A DNA stretch of 50,365 bases, taken from an uncultured Planctomycetales bacterium (GTDB lineage Bacteria > Omnitrophota > Gorgyraeia > Gygaellales > Profunditerraquicolaceae). Under the pieces are notes generated by a model. The model searched no databases. It was not told the origin of the DNA and worked only from the letters and a program-made list of their open reading frames with translations. Shown piece by piece: positions 26,160 through 38,900 of this stretch; position 1 is the first letter of the stretch, and every line of letters starts with the position of its first letter. Location: assembly GCA_964487475.1 (NCBI GenBank), contig CAZAPM010000016.1:1-50365 (forward strand), written 5' to 3'. A program made the position numbers and the translations under genes.

Positions 26160-26879
26160 CTACTTGGTCCTGAGCACACGGCTCAACCCCATAAGATCGG
26201 CCTTTTCCAGACAGATACCCACCCGCTGCTTCCCGTTCTCCAGCACATTGGTCCACGCCACCGAACCGCGGTTGTACAAAGGCTCCCCCTTATCCGGGAT
26301 GTGCAGCCACATCTCGACCTCCCGGGGGCAGGAAAGCTTTTCCTCATCCAGGACCAGGCCGACACCCTTGGCGCTGATATCCATGGCGTACGCCTTTGAC
26401 TCCTCTCCGGTATTGACATCCAGCACGTCCACAGGGACCGCCACCGGGAACCGGTTAAACACCCTTCTGTCCTCAATCGCCACATGTTCCGACATGACTT
26501 CCGTCCTTTCTGCGGGATCGATATCCCACCATTTACCTACCACTTCCTGCGGATAGTTCTTTTGCACGAACTGATAAATCTTTTCCTTATCCATATCCCT
26601 GATCTTGCTGAAGTACAGGCCGCATAACGCGCTGCCCTCCACTGCCTTATGCCAGACTACCCACACCTCCACCTCCAGGGTCAGGTCATCGCTGAGCATG
26701 ATCGAGACTTTGGCGTATTCATCCCGGCAAAGACGCTCCGGCATCACCACGGAGAGCCCTTTCAGGCTGATATCCCGGATCAGACAATCGGTGTATGTTT
26801 CCTCGTGCGCCATTTTGATCCTGGCTTTTTTTGCCAACACCCATCTGGCATTGTTACGTTTATCCTTTTCCTGTTCCAT
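26160..26879 (-). CDS. Tandem PilZ-domain protein (c-di-GMP receptor)
   Basis: Two domains, each with RxxxR and DxSxxG: KRNNAR...DISLKG and RRVFNR...DISAKG. Confidence 0.88.
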   Translation of the reverse strand: MEQEKDKRNNARWVLAKKARIKMAHEETYTDCLIRDISLKGLSVVMPERLCRDEYAKVSIMLSDDLTLEVEVWVVWHKAVEGSALCGLYFSKIRDMDKEKIYQFVQKNYPQEVVGKWWDIDPAERTEVMSEHVAIEDRRVFNRFPVAVPVDVLDVNTGEESKAYAMDISAKGVGLVLDEEKLSCPREVEMWLHIPDKGEPLYNRGSVAWTNVLENGKQRVGICLEKADLMGLSRVLRTK

Positions 26880-26950
26880 GCTGACCTCGCTTTCCCTCTT
26901 TGCAAAATATCGCTATTATCCCCTAAATTGTTACTTTGTAAAGGATTACA

Positions 26951-29900
26951 TTATTTCAACATCCTGCGCTCCATCGGCCAAAGTATCTCCACCACCAGAT
27001 GTCCGTAATCGATGCGGACGCTTCCCATGAGATCGAACGCTGCGGAAATATCCGCGGCCGCGTCCAAAGAAAGTCCCATCCCCCGGGCCACCTCCTCGGC
27101 GCTCCACAGGATCTCCCTGGTGCGCAGCCGCTTGCTCTCCTCGATGGTCCTGGTCGATGCCGCGGGCATGCGCAATACGTACTCGCGCACGCGTTCACGC
27201 AGCACCTTGATATCCGAAATCCCTGCAGCCTCCTGAACACTCTGCGCTGCCTTACGCTGAGCAGCGATCGCCTCTGCGGCACACTGCATGGCATACACCC
27301 CCTCTCTGAAATACTCCAGCACCCGCGCTCCCAGGGAAGGATCACGCCAGTCAGTCTGACGTATCCACGGATCATCCCTGTGGCGTCCGGCCACTTCTAC
27401 CGCAACATCGAGCAGCTGCCTTTGCGCAACGCCATACTCCCTGCCCAACCTGCCGGCGCCTGCAGCCAGGAAATACAGCAGGAACATCCCGGCGGGAACC
27501 TTCTCCTTGCCTCTGCGCGTACGGGATACCCGCGCCTTTTCCTCATATCCGGATCCCGGATCATCTTCCGTATCCATTTCCTCTCTGACCGCCTCCCTGG
27601 ACGCGATGAACTCCAGGATATCATCATCGACCTCATGCACTCCCACCACCTTGACCAAATGATGACAGAGCGCCAGGGCATCCTTTTCCTGGAGGGTCCC
27701 CAGCCACACCAGCCGGTTCGCCACGCCGGAAATGACCTGCACCGCCATATCCGTGACCCCGTCTTTCCCGCAGATATCCCGGGAAAGCCTCGCGATGATA
27801 AGGCTCTCGGGAAAGATCGCCTCATCCGGTATCCCGGAAAGGAACACCCGGGCATTGGACACATCGCCGGTATTGATGAGGTAACGCGCCAGGAAGAACG
27901 CCGCCAGAGGATGCGCTTCGCCCAGCTCCCGGGGCTTCAACTGCAACGATCCGAAGTTGAGTTCTGCCTGCGCCAATTCGGCGCATGAAGCGCTGAAGAT
28001 CTCTTTCGCCTGCGTTTCATCGCGCAATGCGGAGGCGAACAGAAGCATGAGCGAAGAATCCGCACCCTCCCCCTCTTTCTCTTCTTCCTTCTCTTCTTCT
28101 TTCTCTTTCTCTTCCTCTTCCTCTCCTGCTTCCTCCACCGCATCTTCTTCCGCAACCTTCACCCCGAGAAGGTCCATCAGGGGAGCCGGAAGCGCCTTAC
28201 CCTGCAGGAGAAGCTGCCGCAAAGAGCCCTCCGCTTCCGGCTGCTCCAAACGCAACCTGGCCTTACCCGAAAGCAACGCCTGTTTCACCGCGCCCGCGCT
28301 CTTCGCCTTTCCCTTATCCGTGTCGCTGGAGATCCCCGCCTCATGCGCCTTCTCGCCCAGACGCTCCAGGCTATCTTCCCGCAACTCAACGGAGAGAAAT
28401 CTCCACATCAACAGGAGCGCTTCGGAAACCGTAAGCAGCATGAACCTCTCCCGCACGGTTTCCCGATCGGCAATCCCGTTTTCCTCTCCCAGCCACTCCC
28501 ATCCGTCAGCCAGCGGCTTGACCGCAAGCGTTTCAATGGCGCGCCGCAGCGCTCCCGGCTTATTGACCAGCGCCCCCCATATCTTGCGCAATGAAAAATC
28601 CGCTTCCTGCGCCTGGGGCTGCATACGGGCCAGGGCATTCACATGCAGATGATTCTCATCCTCGAACCCGGAAGACTCGCTCCTGCGCGTTCCCCCCAGG
28701 CCGTACTGCACGCATGCACTCATCCCCTCGGGTCCGCTCAAGCGCAGGAACCGCGCCCGAGCCTCATCAACCGTCACTTTGGCGTCCTCGGCCATCCACG
28801 CCCAGCCGTCGGGAAGGACGGAAAGCGGGACCTTCGCCACCAATGCCTTGACCAGATCCGGCAAATCGGTGACGGAGGCGATGCGGCGGATGGACTCCTC
28901 TGCTTCGGGAATCTCCTCCTTAAGGCGGCCGACACCCTGCAGCGTGATGTTGACCAACGGAGCCTCATACTGATACCCCAAATTCCTGAGTTTCTCCTTG
29001 ATCACCCCATGATCCCCGATCCTTAAGAACACGCACCCGAACCTCCATGCGATCGCCAGCGCTTCGGGAACGGAGACCCGGGAGAAACGGGCCTTCACCT
29101 CTTCGACGGACAATTGCGCATACTCCGCAAGCCAATGCCATCCGTCGGGAAGGACGGGGAGGTTCTCCGCGATGACCACGGAACGCACCATCTCCGGCAG
29201 GGACATCCCGGTGTTGAACACCCTGCGCAGGGATTCCTCCGATTCCGCATGCGTCTTACGCAGCACGTTCATCGCCCGGAACTTGATCTGCATCGCCAAA
29301 CTCTCGCTGATCACGGTCCCGGCATCGCTGACCAGCGGCACCTGGGCGAGCAGCGATACGATCCGCGGATACTCCCGCTCCCGCGCCACGCCGATCCCGT
29401 ACCAGTACAGTATGATGACGGCCTCGGTCACGGAGAGAAGGATAAAACGGGATCTGGCCTCGGCCGGCGTGATGTTCAGGTCATCCGCAAGCCATGCCCA
29501 TCCGCCGGCAAGGGGCGCCAGCTGCAGCACGGCCATCACCCGGCGCACCTCATCGGGTATCACCGCGCCGTTTCCCGCGATCCGGCGCAGCGAATCCGGG
29601 CTCTCCCCCGCAGCCCGGCCGAGACGCTGCAGCCCTTTTCTCAGGAAATAATCCGGCCTCTTTGAACCGCACCCGGGGAGCGCCTGCATCTTTGCCCCGA
29701 TCCGGCAGAGATCGCACCGGGGATTCTCCAGCCCGTAGAACAGCGCGCCGGCAAACGCTTCGGCAACGGAGCAGGTCATGAATCGTGACCGGACGATATC
29801 CACCGTCACTCCTGCATCCTCGGCGATCCACTGCCAGCCGCTTTCCAGAGGCGTAAGATGCGCGTGTGCGATCAGGTCGACGAGCACCTGCGGCAGCACC

Positions 29901-32900
29901 ACTCCGGCGACTTTCGCGATCCGGCGCAGAGACAGCGGCGCTTCGGCGGAACGGTCCCGCAGCCTGGCCTGCGCATAACGGCGGCTGGAGGCGACACTCG
30001 ACCTCTGGAACTCATCGCCGTCCTCGTTGCGTATACCCAGCCCTTTGAGCCAGCGGATCAACTGCCCGTCATTCATCCGCTGACATCCGATCCCATAGGT
30101 GCCGGCAATGATGACGGCCTCGGCAATAGAAAGCCAGAGGAAACGTTCCTTTGCATCGGGCACCTTTATCTTGAGCTCATCTGCCAGCCACTCCCATCCG
30201 TCGGAGTAACGCTGCAGGCGTTCCCAGGAACCTTCTGCAAGCCCGGGGTCGGCCGCAGAGAAGAACTCCGTCCCCTGATATATGCGCATATGCGGCTGAA
30301 GCGCGAGCCTTTCGGCTGACTCAAGCATGCGCAGCCGCTCCTCGGTAACCCCCTTCTCCTGCGCTGCCGGCTCGAAAATATTTCCCGGGTCCCGCAGCGC
30401 CTGTTCAGCCTGCGCGCTGTCAAGCAACATCCCCTCTATCCCGCCGCACCATATCCCAAAACGTCTTTCCACCAGCAGAGACCCGCGATAAAGCGCATAG
30501 GCCGCAGAAGGCCGGGATCCGAACACAAAGATATCCCCGGAAACCGGGTCGGCGAACATCCCCGGCTCCATCATCCGCATCGCCAGCCATAGCACATCCT
30601 CCTGCCGCGCATCACCGCGCTTCTCCATGAGCGCCGCGCACATGTGGTTCTGAGAAACCGAAAGCGTCACTGCTTCGGGCGGGAACTGCGCCTGGAAATC
30701 CTCTCCCGAGCCCCTCACGGCAAAAGAGTGCGGCATCGTGATCGCGAACTCTCCCCTCTTTACGGACGTGCGCCCTGACACCTCCACGATCTGATACCCT
30801 TGTGTCTCCTCAGACCAAACCAGGAACGCCTGGGCATCGGCACCCGCGAACCTTTGGCCGAGGTTGAACGCGTTCTTGACCTTACGGTTGCCCAACACCC
30901 CGCACCTGCCGTCGCTCGAAACGGTAAGCCCTTCCACCCGCAGCAAATCCAGTCCCGCCTCATGCCACTTCCTGCCGTTGTGCTTCGGGGACTTGCCGTA
31001 ATAGCTGTCCGCCAGCGCGAAATCCTCTCCCAGGGCGCGCGTACGTCCGTACACCTTCACCCAGGGGATGGTATCCGCGCCCGTCTGCTCCCGCTTCGTC
31101 GCTTCGGCATACATGAACACATATCGTGAGACAAAGATAGACCACTCCATGAACACCGCGATGCGGGCGCGGCCATACGCAGGGCCGAAATCCGTACGTT
31201 CTCCCATAACCCTGAATTTACCGCTACCCGGAATCTGCGGTATCTCGATCCTGATCTCAAGGTACCCCTGGTCATGCCAAAAACGCGCGTCATCCTTGCA
31301 CGACTCATACGAATGCAGCTGCTCCCACGCGGCATCCTTTGCCTTGCGGCCGTAGACGTTTTGCACACGCTGACGGCCCGTTGCCCGGGGAACGCTCACG
31401 CGCACGGCGGGAGAAGCGGCTTTCTGCTCGGGAAACAGATCAAACCCGAGCACCTCCCGCACCGCATTCCTTTTCGCGGCGATCTCCTCATCCTTCACCG
31501 CACCGTCCTTCCTGATGCTTCCGGGAATACCGTGGTGCGCTTCCCAGTGCACTACCAGCGCCCTGACCCGCTCGAGCTTTTCCTCGTCGCTGCCATCCCC
31601 CACGGGAAAACCCGCCTGAAGCAGCCTCCCGGCCAGATCCTCATGCGTCAGACCAAGGCACAGGCGCAGGGTACGGAAATTGTTGGGATACGGCAACGCC
31701 GCGATCTGCTCCCAGGTCAACTGCTCCCTTTTCATCAAAAGCACCGGATGTATCCGCAGCCCGCGGGAAACGGCAAAAAGATTGTGCGCATCCGGAAGGC
31801 CTGCCCGGGTCTTGGCCGCGATGTACGAGGTACATTTCATCCCGCCCCGCGCGCAGATCGACACGTCCATGATCCCGCGCGCTTTCTGGACCAGCAGGAT
31901 GATCTCCCCTACGGTCTTCGAGGAGATCTCGCGCAGGACCTCGGGGGAAAGAGGCTCGAGGATATACCCCAGGCGCTCATCGTACACCGCCGCGGGAAGT
32001 GACGATGCAGCCCCTGCGGAGGACATCGCTGCCAGCCGTTCCCGCGCATTACGCAGCGCCTCCTCGGCCCGGCGGCGCAGCTTTTCCATACGCAAGCCTC
32101 CGGCAGCGAGTTCCTGTAACGCCTGCGCATAACGCACGGCCGACTCCTCTACCGCCGCAATGTCCCGGGGATGCGACGACGTGGCGGCATCGGCGGCATC
32201 GACGACCCCTTTGAGCAGGGCCCGCACGCGCGCCGTCGGAAGCGAAACGCTTTCCTCACCCCCTATGTACGCATCATCCAAGGAACGCAGGTCCCATAAG
32301 GAGCAGGTATCGGCGTCGGAGGCTTCGGCGACATGGTATACCGCGACCTCCCTTCCTTCCACGAACGACCACATCGGTTCCTTGCGCACGCTAATCCTCC
32401 TGGCCCGGCGCTCTCCGATGAAGAAAACCGCCTCCGGGATGCGGATCAGATGCCTGCCGAAACGGGGCGAGAACACCGCGACACCGGGATCCCTTCCTGC
32501 GGCAGCGCGCACCTTCGCCAGGAACGACCTCTGCTGCCTCGCCGAGAAACGGGAAAAAAGGCAATTCCGACGCAGGTTGGCCAGGGTCAGTGCGCAGAGA
32601 CCGGACCAGCCGCTCAGCATATACAAGAACTCCCGGGTATTCCTCATCGTCATCAGCTGCCACTGTTGCAACCAGCCGAACGCAACCTGCATCTGCCCCA
32701 AAAGGCACTCCGACATGATCCGCTGTATTGCAAGCACCGGAACCAAAGGCGTAGGAACCTCCGCCACCGTACCTGCCTCTTCGGACGGAGCAGCCTCCTC
32801 CTCTCCGGCAGGGATCGCCAGTAGGAATCCGGTAAGATTCCCGTGATCGCGTACTACCGCCTGCACCAGCGTGCCGACCTGCGCGGAAACATCCTCATCC

Positions 32901-35900
32901 GCAGCCGCTTTCTTCCCGGCAATGCTTCCGTGCGCACACCCCAGATAACAAATGATCTTCGAATAACTGTCCTCAAGGAACGCAGCCAGCGGCCTGGTAG
33001 CCTCCTGCGCGGAGAACTCATTGACCGAAGGGATGATCGTGGTCTCATACACCCGGTTGTATCCCTCAAAAAACGCGGAGAGCCCTCCCGCCGTGACTTT
33101 TCCTCCCGAGAGGTCCTTCATCAACGGATCCATCTGCGCAAAGCCCGCGACCACCTTCTGCTTTGCGGCCTTCACTGCCTGCAACAACTCAGGTGAAGGG
33201 CCGGCCTCCAGAGCCGCCGCCAGTTTGACCACGCCGTCATACCCGGGAAAACGCTCGGCCACTTCTCCCTTGAGCTCGGGTATTTCCGGAAGGCCCGACG
33301 ACCCTGCCGAATGCAACGCATACGCCTGCCGCTCGATGCGTTGAGTCCCCACACCAGAGACGAGAGGGATCTCATGCCGGTCATAATATCCATCATGATC
33401 TCCGGCGCCGAAATTGTACTCCGTTTCACCGATGCGCAGGAACACATGGAAAGGCCTTCCCTCCGTCACAAAAGGATAATGATAGATGACCAGCGCCGCC
33501 CCGGAACGCGACGCGGATGCGGAGTGCCCACGGATGCCCTGCTGCATCCCTCTGAACGCCGCACGCAGCTCGCGCTCCAAAGGATACCGGTATCCTAACT
33601 TCTCCGATAGGAAACGCGCGATCGCCACGCAATTCTCACCGTTTTGCCGGTACTCACCGGAGCGGACCCGGCGCAGCAGCCCCTTGGAAAGCAATATCTC
33701 CGCGGCCTTAAGCAGGTCAGGAGCCTCCTCCTCATCGCGCGCGAATTTCCTGGACGCGGAAGACTCTTTTCCCGCCTTTACAGGCCGGATCAAGACAACC
33801 GCTTCGGTTTTGCAAAGGAATGCATACACCGGGCCGAACTGGGGATGCGACACGGTTAACACATCGGAATCGATCTGTATGCCGGAGTACGCAATCCCCA
33901 GAAGCTGCTGGTAACGGTCAAGAAAGTCCCGGCTGCCGCATGCCTCGGCCATTCGGGTGAATACGCCGGATGCATGGTCAGCTTCATGGAAATACCCTTC
34001 CAGGAAGGGCAACACTAACCGGTCCAGGCCGTAGGAGTACGCCTCGGATTCGTGGTCATCCACCGTCCGGCCGATCTTGAACTGCAGCAACTCGCTTAAG
34101 ATCCGGGCGACATCCATGAACCGCATGCCCGCGCGATATTCCGACGGATCCGCCGCATCGATGCGTACCGCCGTATTAAGATCGCGGATAATGATCCCCT
34201 CCCCCGATCCAGGAACGCCCATATTGCCCAAATGCGGGAACAGATGCGCGAACCCGGCATCATGGAACGCCCGGAATGCCCGGCCTATTCCGCGGGCGAA
34301 TGCACTCTCGCGGCCGGCTGCAATACGCACCTGGAACGGCCGCACCTGCGACTCCGCGACCGCGTCCAGACGATTGATCTGCGCGCACATCCCGAACATC
34401 CCCTCTGCGGAAAACGCGTCCTGCGTATCGACCCGGAAATCCTCCGAACCCATCCCGCAGATCACGAATCCCAGCCGGCCACCCGGTCCGTGCAATCCCG
34501 TATATTCTCCGAACCCGACCGGATAATCCGTGCGGAAAAGACATTCGGGTGCCCGGGCTGCTTCCATCACCGAAAATTCCATCAACGCGCCGTCGTACGT
34601 CAAGGTTCCCGCCGGATGATCGGCCGCTCCGGGAATAACGGTGATGGTAGAAGGACGGGAAATGCCCAGTACGCGCGGCAGCCAACCCCACCCGTAATAT
34701 TCCGCCACCTTTGCATCCGGACCGACCCGCGGCCTGACTCCTTTTAATCGCAGCACGCTGATCCTGACCCCCCTGCAGATAACCGGTTTAGAAAGAATAA
34801 GGTATAAAGTCCTCCCCTCCACGCCTTTTCCCAGCGCAACATCCTTATAGCGCTGCTGTACCTGCAGGGGATACCTTCTTAACAGCCTCTCCTGCGTTTC
34901 GATATCCCCGGTCAAAAGCTGGAACAACAGCTCCCGGTCCGCGCTCTCCATCGCCGAAACCGCCTCCCTGTCGATCGTCAGGTCGACGGAATGCGCGCCG
35001 GTCAGAGATATCATCTCCTTCGGCATACCGGAGTCTCTCCCGGCCAGATCCTCAACCCTGTCTCCCGGTAGAACCGCCCCGAATTTCCCCTGTACCAGAC
35101 GGTCACGGCGCATGCGTGAAGGAGCGGCGGCGACCGTATCCCGGAGCGCACGCAACAGATCGTCCTGCGCGAGGAGATCCTCCTGCCTGTTCGCGCCCGC
35201 ATAGTCGTTTAGCGTGGCCAGCAAGCCGTTGAGCAACCGCTGACTTGCGTAGCGCTCACCGAAACGCGGGATCCCTTTCTTCAGGTACCCGATGACAAAT
35301 TCCTGATGAAGATCGATGCCGAAACGCTCCCGGAAATCCGTGATCAGCTGCGCTGCGAGCGAACGCTCGAGCGCGGTGAAATACCCCCGGATATCATTGA
35401 CCCGCCAGGCGACCTCTCGGGCCAAAGGCCCCTCTTCCATCCTCTGCGAATACTCCAGGTCGCTGATGCGGACACGGCCGAACGGAGCGGCCAGGATATT
35501 GCCGAAAGATGCCATGTTGTGCCTGATGCCAATATCATGCAGTACACAATACGCCGCTCCCGCGTCCCGTATGAACGCAATGATCTTATCCCTATTGACT
35601 TTGGTCTTTTCATGCTCGATGTAAAAATGGAACACGTCACCGGAACCGCGTTCGCCTCTGCCGGACATCTGTGCCAGAGCACTGCGGAAATCGGTATCCT
35701 GGCCCAGCGGTACGCCGAGTATGAGCACCCCGAGCTTCATCCCTTCATACAAAAGATCCCCGAACTCCGCCTTGCCCACAGGGAACGCCATATACAGACC
35801 GTTTCGCCAGGCCAAGTCGGTAAGCACGAGCTCGTTATCCACCGTATCCAGGGTCATTGCGCCGGTCGGTTTCTTCTGCTTAAGATGCTGCCGCACGATC

Positions 35901-38900
35901 TCGCCGCGCGGCCCGAAATCGACTATGAGCGGAAATAGACCGTCGAAAGGAAGCAGCGTTTCATCTCCGTTAAAACACGCTCCCTTGAGCTTAAGGCATC
36001 CGAGGGGTTTGCCCTGCCAGAGCACCGGAGCACCCAGGAGCTTGACCACGTCGATATAGAGGCTGCGCCCTTCGATAAAGTCGTAATCTATCCCCGGCCG
36101 GAGGTCGCGAAAATCAGTAGTGACGATCTTTCGGATGCGCTCAATAAGCGGCTGCGGCAAAGAAACGTCTTCCGCGAGGCATATCTTCGCATTGCTCCGG
36201 GATCCCTTGGGCGATCCGGCCTGCGGGAGCGGTCGGCCGGTGCGCTCCTCCGAAAGCAGCTCGCTGCGGCAAGAAGCCAGCAACCCCTGTGCATCGATCG
36301 CATCTTCGAACACCGCCGCGGTCTCTTCGGGATGGTTTTGGGCAAGACGGGCATACATCCAGTACGCGACTAACGCGGCATACACATCCTTGGGGCTCCA
36401 CCGGGTCCCGTTGTGGGCGGCCATGACCTTATCGATCAAGCCGGTAAAAAGGACCGATTTCCCCGCTGCCTCCGCGTGCCGGAGAAAGCGGCCGTGCACT
36501 ATCCCTGTACCTCTTACTGCCGTGATACCTTTACCGCCCCTTCGGATTTGATTCTCAGACACGCGGCATTCGCTGCCTCTAAACTCCAAGCCGACCGTTT
36601 CCTCGAGCATACGCACTGCCTGGCTCGAAGGCACTCCCCGCATGGCCAGGCGCATGATCACCTCCTGGCACGACTGCGGATAGCTGAAGAACTCCTGAAT
36701 ATGAAAGGTATAGCCCCCCACCGCCGTATCCAGCGGGATCGCCGGACAGGAGGAGATATACGCTGCGATATCCGATTCTTCACCTGCGGCCTTCCCAGCC
36801 CTGCGCGCCGGAGGCATTGCCCTGAAACAGGCATGGACTTCATCCAGCAGCCCCTCGACCTCGGGTAAAGCGCATGCCCGCACAAAATGGCTCTCGGGAA
36901 GCGCCACGATAAGCTGGTACAAAGCTTCGGCCCGCGCGTACGACGCTGCCTGCAGAATTCTCCCTTCGGTAGCGTCCTCCTGGATCACCCCCATGACACA
37001 AAGGTCCTGCGCGTGCCATTGTGCGATCGCATCAAACAGCCCGGCCGGGCCCGCGTGACGCACCCGTTCCTGAAAAATCTTAAAATCATCCTGGTGCACC
37101 ATAACCACCACGCGATACTCGTTCCTGGGTGCCGTGTGCGCAGATACCTGCAAATCCTGTATCGCGCACAACCCGAAATACGTAAACTCACCCCGGCACG
37201 AGCACCAGGCCATGTGGTCAATATTACGAGCCGGCAGATGCTCCTGCAGGATGCCCAGGCGCAGATACCATTCCCTGGTCTTGGTAAAAAGAAGCTCTCT
37301 GGTCTGCGCCATAAACGCGGCGGCCGAAACCCTCCCGATATCCCGACATGGGACACGGCGAAGGAAATCCTCTTCCGGGACCATGCCTTCGGGAAAGAGA
37401 AGCAGGTCCCCCGGGGTGATGCCTACGAGATACCAGCCCCGGGAGGTAAGGATTCTCGCCTGCATGTGGGTCGTGGGCGGACCAAAGGAGATGACCCTGC
37501 TCACCGCTTCGACGGGTACACCGGGAAAACGATGCAACAGCGCTTCGATTACGAAGAAGGTCATCACGCAGCAATCTCCGCACTTAAGCTCCCGTGCGGT
37601 CGCTTCGGTAAACACGGGCCGGCCGCTCTTGATAAAAGGCACCATCCCGAAACTCTGCGGCGGGAACTGCCCGCGCAACTCGGCGACCGCCTCTTTCAGC
37701 GCCTCGGGAGCGCAGGCAGCGGCAGCCCTCGCTCCGGCACCCATAATGCTATCCACCAGTCCATCGAACCCTTTTTCGCCCGGCTCACCTTTCCGGCCTC
37801 CGTGCACGCTGCCGACGAACAACACCGCTGCCCCGGCCGCGGGACAAAACACCGAGAGCAGAACCGCAGCGGCGATGAGCAGCGGTGAGATACGCAGCAG
37901 GTTCCCGAGGAAATGCCGGGTGCGGGAGAACCGCGCGTCTCCATGCATGTCACGCGCCAGGTCCACCAGGTGCATATCCGCCCGGTTCAGGCAAAGACGA
38001 ATGATCCGATTGATAAGCTGTTGCTGCCAGTGATGAGGACGGCCGGCGAAGAACGCCAGTATCCCTTCCCTGCATCCGGGATACAGCTTATGGTGGTCCA
38101 GGTGCCCGATGAGGATATCCCGCGGGTTATTGGCGCGGCCGCCGTCCAGGACCGAAAGCCGTCCATCCTCCCAGTCCTGCTGCCACTGCGCCAGCGCGCG
38201 CAATGCCCGTTCGCGCACTGCCGCATCGCTGCCGCCAGCCTGCCGCAAAAGTCCCAGCACCGCGGAATACGCCTTCTTGTACGCGGAGAATTCATAATCC
38301 CGCCGCTGGGACTTCAACGCTTCCCGCAGATACACCAGATTGGCGATGATATCCGCCAGGATCAGCCTGGCGGCCTCGTGTAATCCCCGGTCCCGTTCTT
38401 TCATCCAAACGAACATCCGGAAGATGCACGCCAGGATGCCCTCCCTCTGCGAAGGAGGGATCTCGCATTCATACTGCAAGGAAGCGACCCCTTCCAGGGA
38501 AGCGTATAATTCTTCCAGATGAACGCGAAGGGGCGCAGGGAACTCCTGCGCGTTTTCAGGCTTCAACGCCACACCGATGAGCATTCTGGCCCTGAACGCA
38601 TGGTATGCAGCCTTGCCCGGTTCCCCCGCGACGAGGTCGCCGTCCTTGACCGCACCATGGCGCGAGATCACCTTCGCGAGCGGCTTGTATTTACGGCGCT
38701 CCTTCTCGGGCAGGGTCGCGAGCCTGCGCATGGAGACCGCATGCCAGAGCCGGCGGTGCGCGGAGATCCGCTTCACCTTTTTGACGAAAATATGCTCCAG
38801 CAGATAGGGATACTTCTCGTCGATCTCCAGTGCCGCATCGGACAAAGATACTGCCGGTTTCCCCGCGTACATCGTAAGCGTCATGGAAGAAAGGTTCACG

